Shown: positions 57,500 to 64,000 of the stretch, piece after piece | Layout of the letters: every line of letters starts with the position of its first letter | Numbering within the stretch: position 1 is the first letter of the stretch | Assembly (NCBI GenBank): GCA_965242695.1 | Contig: CBDESU010000002.1 | Span: 1,408,001 to 1,472,000, forward strand | DNA: 64,000 nt | Direction: 5' to 3' | Source of the DNA: Cenarchaeum sp. | GTDB taxonomy: Archaea > Thermoproteota > Nitrososphaeria > Nitrososphaerales > Nitrosopumilaceae | Made by a program: the position numbers and the translations under genes | Notes under the pieces: model-generated | What the model was told of the DNA's origin: nothing | What the model saw: the letters and a program-made list of their open reading frames with translations, nothing else | Database searches by the model: none

Positions 57500-58078
57500 A
57501 TGGCCAATCCCGACCTGATAGAGCTTGCAGACAAGATCCCGGCGCTGGTGAAGGCCGGCATAAGAGGGCTGGCGGACGACGAGAGGCTGGGCCTGGCGAT
57601 AGCGCTCGTCGAGGGCGGGAAGATGACATTCTCAGAGATAAAGGCAAAGTACGGCCTCAACCCCAGCACGCTGAGTAGCCACCTGAGCGCGTTGCAGAGT
57701 GGAAACCTTGTGCGCAACTACTATGAAAGGGGCATAGGAAGGGCATACTCGTACTACGAGGCGACCGAGCTGCCAGAGGCGGTCATAGGCGCGTTGCTCA
57801 CGTCCGTGTACGGATCCAAGACCGGCGAAGAGAGGCCCCCGTACCCCGACGGCTGCTACCCGTGGACGCTTCGGGGCGGGGGGGAGGACAGCCCTGGCCT
57901 CCAGTCACGGGCTGCCGCCGAGCCGCGGACCCGAGTCCTCGTGCAAACCGCGATGCGCCCGCCCTCGATTGCCATCCCTGACAACGACACGGGCGGCGGG
58001 GCGCAATCCGATAACCGCGTGTACGGCGCCTGGAGCAGGATGGCGGGCGAAGGCCACTCCGCCGCACGAGGTGTGTAA
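57500..58078 (+). CDS. ArsR-like winged-HTH transcriptional regulator with disordered C-terminal tail
   Basis: LADDERLGLAIAL...MTFSEIK...LNPSTLSSHLSALQSGNLV. Confidence 0.8.
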   Translation: MANPDLIELADKIPALVKAGIRGLADDERLGLAIALVEGGKMTFSEIKAKYGLNPSTLSSHLSALQSGNLVRNYYERGIGRAYSYYEATELPEAVIGALLTSVYGSKTGEERPPYPDGCYPWTLRGGGEDSPGLQSRAAAEPRTRVLVQTAMRPPSIAIPDNDTGGGAQSDNRVYGAWSRMAGEGHSAARGV

Positions 58079-58079
58079 G

Positions 58080-58763
58080 TTGGATCGCGCGGAGCTTGAG
58101 GGGAGCATCCAGGCCCAGGCCACAACCCTCATCATAAAGCTCGACATGTTGCAGTGGCCGTTTGATGTCGGCACGGCGTCAAGGATCCTACACGATACGG
58201 GGTATGCGGTCGAGCAACCACAGGGATCGGTCAGCGCAACCAAGCCGGACGGCCAGTTTTTCATGGACCGACCTGGGCAGACGATCAGGTTCGACGGGAT
58301 TTCACTGAACTCACTGGTCGCCGCCAAGGACAATTTTGAGTCCCAATTAGAGCGCAGTACCGGCGTCGTCCTGGGCGACTTGGCGTCGTACTACCAATAC
58401 GAGTACATACTAATATACTTGGCCAAAAGAAACCTGCATGATGCACTGGACGGTGTGTACGACGGCTCGAAGCACATGGAGTGCATACGCGAGATAGTGG
58501 GAAGGGATGTCCGGCCGTTTCTGGTTGACGTTTCAAGCCGCGGCACACACGACAGCAAGGCCTGGTTCAGGGTGAGGATAGAGCCAAAGGTGGAGGGAAC
58601 CGACAGGACGTACTTTTGCAGCATGGTATGCCGAGATGCATCTATCGACAAGATGATCGGTTACGCAAAGGGATCGGACGGAGTCCTCAGGGGACTCTTG
58701 CGCATGCTGGAGAGCGACGAGGGCGGGGACGCCGCGGCGCAGGATCGGGCGGAGACGCCCTGA
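58080..58763 (+). CDS. Hypothetical protein co-transcribed with the regulator
   Basis: TTG starts 1 nt after the upstream stop; 227 aa alpha/beta pattern; lower GC. Confidence 0.7.
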   Translation: MDRAELEGSIQAQATTLIIKLDMLQWPFDVGTASRILHDTGYAVEQPQGSVSATKPDGQFFMDRPGQTIRFDGISLNSLVAAKDNFESQLERSTGVVLGDLASYYQYEYILIYLAKRNLHDALDGVYDGSKHMECIREIVGRDVRPFLVDVSSRGTHDSKAWFRVRIEPKVEGTDRTYFCSMVCRDASIDKMIGYAKGSDGVLRGLLRMLESDEGGDAAAQDRAETP

Positions 58764-59073
58764 CCGGCGCATGGCCATGTGCGCCTTGGACCGACGGCGG
58801 CGGTGCCTCCGGCATTTGGCTGCGACGTTGATTAACATTCCGACTTCGCATCAAAAACCACGCTTGGATGCGATGGGGGGACGGCGTGTTGGTGGCCCCC
58901 AGGCCAAGCCGCATGCGTCCGGCGCCCTTGAAAACCGAGCGGCGCCGTTGTAGCCGCGCGGCGCGCAGCCTGGCGAAGTGCCCCCGCCTTCTCCGTTTGT
59001 CCTACTTGCTTGGACTGCGTTTGCCTGGTTTTTTGCCAAGACCGTCGCACGTGAAGGCGTGCCCCCGTATGGC

Positions 59074-59319
59074 CTAGCCGCCCAACATCTCATCAAGGTG
59101 GCGTATGTGCTCGTCCAGCGTATAACGCCTCATTTTCACCCTGCCCGCCTCGATGTCCATGATGCGCTTCTCGACTCGTTCGTTCAGGAGGTCGCCCTCG
59201 GCCCCAGAGTCGCCGTCCATTTGGGCGCCCGCATCGCCCGCCTTTGCGGGCACACCGACACCCTCGGCCGTCGCAAGACTTGCGCCGTCGACCGCCCCTG
59301 CCTTTGCCTGTGATGCCAT
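59074..59319 (-). CDS. Small antitoxin-like protein (orphan)
   Basis: 81 aa; tail EKRIMDIEAGRVKMRRYTLDEHIRHLDEM. Confidence 0.55.
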   Translation of the reverse strand: MASQAKAGAVDGASLATAEGVGVPAKAGDAGAQMDGDSGAEGDLLNERVEKRIMDIEAGRVKMRRYTLDEHIRHLDEMLGG

Positions 59320-59524
59320 GCTATTGCCACGCTTGGTGCCTATGGGCTAGGCGCCAACCGCGAACACGGCTTTTCCTCGTGGTACACGGGGCGGCCGAGC
59401 GCACGTATGCATATCTATCTTGCGCCCCACTTGGCCGCGTTGGATGTATGCATTCAGGTCGCCGCCACCTCCTGCGCAGCGCACGGAAGTCTCTGCCATG
59501 CCCTGCAGGGGCTCGACTCCGCCG

Positions 59525-60223
59525 TCATGGGCGCCTGCGGCTCCTGGCTTCCCTGACCATGTCGTTGGACGACAGGCCGGGAACGGCGTACTTGGACAGC
59601 ATGCCCACGATGCTCTTGGCCTTTGGCGGGAATATGTGGTCGACGCCCCTTTTCTTGAGGCGCTGCCGTAGCGCCCACTCGCTTCTCATGAGGCACTTCC
59701 TGCACGTCTCCGTGGGACTCTTCGACTCTATCAGCTCCGGAGGCGTGTCGGGGTCGACCGGCTCGCTGTAGGGCTCTTCGATCTCCAATTCTGATACCTC
59801 CTTGCATATGCCGGCCACCGTTGCCCGCACCTCCTCGAGGCCGTCCATGGGATCGGCATCCCTGCCGTCCCTGTACGCCCTGCCGACCCTGCGCAGGTAC
59901 GCGAAAATGTCGCCCAGGGCATGCATCGCATCACCGTATACTCCGCCCGTCGTCGGCATGTCGGCAATCTTGGACATGTCCCCGTACACCTCTTCAAGGG
60001 TGCGCGCCAGGCGCACGCCCTTGTCCCAGCGCGCGCCTGCCGAGTACGCGCCGATCAGCCCGGCTATGTGGATGCACCTGTCGGTGCGGGCCATGGCCGT
60101 CGGATCGATCAGCGAGATGAACAGCCGCTTGATCTCGGCATCGGGCATTATGCACGGGGCCGCCTTTGCGGCCTCTGCCGCTTCGCCCGTGCGATCGCGC
60201 TACGCCTCCTCGGCCGCCTGCAT
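59525..60223 (-). pseudogene. Large PIN-partner family, copy 3 (early TAG; open frame 59525..60148); downstream PIN gene truncated
   Basis: LFISLIDP...DRC...AYRDGRDADP..LE.VR...HIFPPK...SS.DMVRE aligns with copies 1 and 2. The ATGA-coupled ORF that follows matches the 63829 PIN N-terminus only briefly. Confidence 0.7.
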
Positions 60224-60706
60224 GCCAGCGCTGGGGCGGGGCGCTATATGACGCTAGGGGACGCATCTGGCATTCTGCGCGCGGAGCCGCGCCATGCGGC
60301 GGGACCTCGTGCCAGACGAGTCCTGCCGCAAAGCTCTCACCTGCCGTGATCCGCGCGGCGCCGGGGCAGAAAAAACCCCGACTCGGGACGGGTCGGCAGG
60401 GACGATGGCAGGGCGTCGTCGGGCCGGGCCGACGCGGCGTCCGCCGGAAGGCCGCCCCGCGCCGGGCATGCGGCAGGGCGCGGAGGTGCAGCTGCAACCC
60501 GCCTCTCTGCACGGCTTGGGGCCGCAGGACGGCATGCGCCCCCTCCGAGCGGGCCTAGGGCACTGCGGGGCCTGCAAAGTCGGCTGCGCGACACCCTTTC
60601 CCCCTTCTTCGGCAGCCTGCCCGCCCCGGCGGCCGCACGGGCAGGGGCGCCTGAACGCGGCCTCCCGCAGGATACAGTTAAATAGGCGGCGCCGCGGCCG
60701 CGGCCG

Positions 60707-61147
60707 ATGTACCAGGAAGAGACGGTCTACAACGTGAGGCTGGCGCCGAACAGCCCGGAGGAAGAGGCCTTTTGGAAGTCGATGACGCTCAAGGACAAGG
60801 CCCCGTACAGGGGCGAGTGGATCGCCATACACGAGAGCAGGATCGTCGCGCACGGGCCCGGCCTGGACGCGGTGAACAAGGCGGGGCGCCGGGCCGCCGG
60901 CAGGTGGCCCATGATCCGCTTCGTGTCGTTCGACAGGGGCCTCCCAGAGATGGAGTTTTACGAGGAGCTGATGCCGTGCGACCTGGATCCGTACAGGGGC
61001 GGGTGGATAGCCATATGCGGGCGCAAGATCGTCGCGCACGGCAAGGACGGGCGGGAGGTGCTCAAGGCGGCGCTCAAGGCGACGTCGGGCAAGGAGCCGT
61101 TCATGTACTGCATTGGCGAGCCTGGCATATACTCGGTGATGGCCTGA
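60707..61147 (+). CDS. Tandem DUF5678-like domain protein
   Basis: Two YRG.WIAI....IVAHG repeats; TTAAATA ~29 nt upstream. Confidence 0.75.
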   Translation: MYQEETVYNVRLAPNSPEEEAFWKSMTLKDKAPYRGEWIAIHESRIVAHGPGLDAVNKAGRRAAGRWPMIRFVSFDRGLPEMEFYEELMPCDLDPYRGGWIAICGRKIVAHGKDGREVLKAALKATSGKEPFMYCIGEPGIYSVMA

Positions 61148-61149
61148 CA

Positions 61150-61758
61150 ATGGCGCAAGAGGGCAAGCCGTGGGATCGAATGGCGTTCTGTTACGCCAGG
61201 GACGCCGAAGTGGACAGCAAGGGCGTACTGCGCACGGTAATGCGGCCGAGGATTCCGATCAGAATCACCAACGTCCACTCTGCAAGGAGGGGCGGATCCG
61301 ACCGCGGCTACGGGGCCGTCGCCCTGGCGGACTCGGGCGCCGACGCCACGTTTATCACCAGAGAGGCGGCAGACTTGATCGGCATAGATCTTGATGCGGT
61401 TGACAAAACGGAATTGGCGACGCCGTTCGGAAGGTTCAAGGTGTACCGTACGCTTGTATGCATCGCGGTCCTGTACAGGGGGCGAAGGGTCGGCCTGGGA
61501 AAAGTCCCCGCTTCTATTCCCGAAAAGGACATTGTCCAGCTGGGGAATCGCCCGTACGTCGTCATGGGGCGGTCGAATGTCTTTAATCAGTACTCGGTAA
61601 AGTTTGACGACTATAGACAGATACTGACCATGGAAAGGATCGCTCGCGGACAGGCCCCGCCTGCGGGCGCGGACGCGGCGCAGGCCGTCGGCGCCCTGGC
61701 GGGGAGGGGCGGCGCTCTGCCGCGCGGGGAGCGGCCGGCACGGCGCGCCGCTGCCTAG
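61150..61758 (+). CDS. Retropepsin-like aspartyl protease
   Basis: RPRIPIRI...ALADSGADATFI...A..IG...VVMGR..VF. Confidence 0.8.
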   Translation: MAQEGKPWDRMAFCYARDAEVDSKGVLRTVMRPRIPIRITNVHSARRGGSDRGYGAVALADSGADATFITREAADLIGIDLDAVDKTELATPFGRFKVYRTLVCIAVLYRGRRVGLGKVPASIPEKDIVQLGNRPYVVMGRSNVFNQYSVKFDDYRQILTMERIARGQAPPAGADAAQAVGALAGRGGALPRGERPARRAAA

Positions 61759-62029
61759 CGCATCGCCGTCCGGCGGCGCGCAGAGCGGCGCATTCCGCCC
61801 GCATGCGGCCCCGCTGAAGCAAAGGCGTCGGCGGCATTCGCCAAGGGCGCGCAGCGCCTTACGCGGCAACGGACGCGGCCCCATTTGCGCCGGGGCGGCA
61901 CCGGCGCAGGGCGCCCTGCGCATCGCCGTCCGCATGCGCGCCGGCGGCTTGCCGGCGGGCCCGGGCACCCGCCCGGGCGGACGGGGCGGCCCGCTCGGCC
62001 TGCAGCCGCCTCACACGGCAAAACCTGCT

Positions 62030-62739
62030 AGGGCACGGCATACTTGGACGGCATGCCGACGATGCTCTTGGCCTTCGGGAATACGCGGCCGTCTCCCCTT
62101 TTCCTTGAATCGTAGCCGCAACGCCCGCTAGCCCCTCGTGGGCGCTCCCTGCACGTCTCGGGGGACTCTTCGGCCCGACCAACTCCGGAGGCGTGTCGGG
62201 GCCGATCGGCTCGCTGTACGGCTCCTCGATCTCCATCTCAGAGACCTCCTTGCATATGTGCGCCACCGCCGTCCGCACCTCCTCGAGGCCGTCCATGGGA
62301 GAGGCGTTCTGCCGTCCTGCGCGCCCTGCCGACCTCTGCACGGACGACAACATTAGCAGCGCCGGGAAGATCGGCATTACTGCCGTCCTGCGCGCCCTGT
62401 CGGCCCTGCGCAGGTACGCCAGTATGTCGCCCAGGGCGTGCATCGCATCCGCATACACGCCGCACATCGTCGGCATGTCGGCTATTCTGGACATGTCCCC
62501 GTACACCTCTTCAAGGGTCGCGCCAGGCGCACGCCCTTGTCCGAACGCGCGCCGGCCGAGTATGCGCCGATCAGCTCGGCGATGTGGATGCACCAGTCGG
62601 TGCGTGCCATGGCCGTCGGATCGATCAGCGAGATGAACAGGCGCTTGATCTCCTCGTCGGGCATCGCGATCAGGACCTGCTTGGCGGCCGCCGCGGGCTT
62701 GCCCGTGCGATCGCGCTGCGCCTCCTCGACGGCCTGCAT
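62030..62739 (-). pseudogene. Large PIN-partner family, copy 4 (multiple frameshifts and an insertion)
   Basis: DNA closely parallels 59525-60223 but is split over frames; no toxin gene follows. Confidence 0.75.
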
Positions 62740-63206
62740 GCCCGCACTGGGGCGGGCGCTATGTAAGGATAGTGGGCGGCATCAGGAGAATGCGGCGCAC
62801 GGAACCGAGCCTGCGGCACTAGCCTTGGCCCGCTGAGGGCAGCTGCCGCGTTCCCTCTTCCCATGCCCGTGCTCCGAGGTGCGCCATGCTTGAGCACAAT
62901 GCCGCGGACCCTGCTGTGGGTGGACTGCACCGACGGTTGGCCGCGGCATCCTTCCCCTCCGGCGATGCCGCGCGTGTGGCTGCGCGGCCGATTCCCGCAC
63001 GGCATGGCTCCGGTCCCTGCACTGCGGCCCGGCCTGGGGAATGCGGTATGTCGGCGCAGCGGCAGCCTGATCTGACGCCGGACGGATCGACTCGGACATG
63101 CTCGGGAAACAGAACGGGGACGATTGGCTCCGGGCGCACCTGACCTTGCGAGGCGCGGCCGAATGTCAGCATCCGGAGCATCTGCCGGGTGCGCGGCACC
63201 CGTGCC

Positions 63207-63829
63207 CTATCTCGGCTGGAGGATGACGATCTTCATGCCGCCGTACCGCTTGTCGTCGCTGATCTGCGCAAAGGCCTTGTCCGTGGTGCATATGACCTGC
63301 GCGCCCGCAAGGAGTGCCATGTCAATGTGTATCAAGTCGATCGGCCCTAGCCCCTCGTGCCGGTACGTGTTGCCCTTGCGGGCTTGCGGCGTCCTGCCCT
63401 CCACGTCGAGCATATTTTTGTACAGGGGGCAAGATCAGGCTGCGCCGAGGTGATGTCTCCGTACATGTCTGCCACCCTGTCCGCTACTAGCGCAATGATG
63501 AAGTGGTCGACATCCCTGACCACCTTCGCCGCCTCTGCGTGGACCACTTTCCGCTCCCCGTTGTTCCCGTTGGCGCACCTGTGGCCCGCCTTGACGCGCT
63601 TGCGTATTACATCGACAGCCTCTGCGAGGGTCAGGCTTGAGATGACCAGCCGCGCGCCGCTGGATTTGACCGCCTCGAGGAAGCGCATCGCTTCGTCAAA
63701 GAACGGATCGACCGCCCCCATTACGATCGCCACAATAAAGCCCGTATCTGCGTACATCAATCTTCCACTGCCGCCGATGGGGCCTGTAAGCACATACCAC
63801 GCCCTGTCTAGATTAGGCTCTGTTGTCAC
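63207..63829 (-). pseudogene. PIN-domain toxin with a single frameshift near 63428
   Basis: MYADTG, LTLAEA, LGPIDLIH, ICTTDKAF; split between ORFs 63347..63979 and 63207..63413 near a C5 run. May be a sequencing error. Confidence 0.8.
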
Positions 63830-64000
63830 GAGCGTCCACGGCTCCTGACTTCCTTGACCATGTCGTTGGACGACAGGCCGGGCACGGCGTACTTGGACAG
63901 CAATCCGACTATGCTCTTGGCCTTTGGCGGGAATATGTGGTCGTCCCCAGTTTCCTTGAAGCGCTGCCGCACCCACCACTCATTCCTCATGAGGCGCTTT
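63826..64000 (-). CDS. 3' end of large PIN-partner family, copy 5 (partial)
   Basis: KRLMRNEWWVRQRFKETGDDHIFPPKAKSIVGLLSKYAVPGLSSNDMVKEVRSRGRS*; GTGA overlap with the PIN gene. Confidence 0.75.
   Translation of the reverse strand, partial: KRLMRNEWWVRQRFKETGDDHIFPPKAKSIVGLLSKYAVPGLSSNDMVKEVRSRGRS

Noticed and set aside
1-64000. tRNA, rRNA, integrase or proviral genes
   Set aside because: No T-loop/cloverleaf, rRNA-like segment, recombinase or capsid motifs recognised by eye; tRNAscan-SE and Infernal would be needed to exclude them formally.

Overview
This window is GC-rich archaeal DNA, most likely from a Nitrososphaerota (Thaumarchaeota, Nitrosopumilaceae-like) genome. The evidence is two CFI-box-CTERM sorting signals, a short archaeal purA, and TATA boxes about 30 nt upstream of many start codons. 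A host-associated, sponge-symbiont-like lifestyle is an inference only. The window is mostly accessory DNA around a few core-like genes (purA, an Fe(II)-trafficking protein, a Beta_propel protein). It contains: (i) an expanded family of PIN-toxin operons with an unusually large (~230 aa) partner, with 5 partner copies plus remnants; (ii) a COMM-like / unknown / HEPN three-gene operon; (iii) a restriction-modification pair flanked by ~0.5-kb direct repeats, whose endonuclease gene is split by a 111-bp MITE with a 5-bp target duplication; (iv) four giant modular surface proteins, three with G11-G12 tracts at their 5' ends that look like slipped-strand switches; (v) a TRAFAC-type GTPase, an IS6 element with clear terminal inverted repeats and an IS630 remnant; (vi) a triplicated two-gene module (small ferredoxin/ACT-like protein plus stand-alone class III nucleotidyl cyclase) interleaved with RelE-type toxins whose partners carry TPR or wHTH extensions; (vii) DUF262, DUF559, TIR/NDT-like and DUF5678 + aspartyl protease genes. 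No CRISPR array, rRNA or tRNA was recognised. All family calls come from motif recognition by eye, not from database searches.
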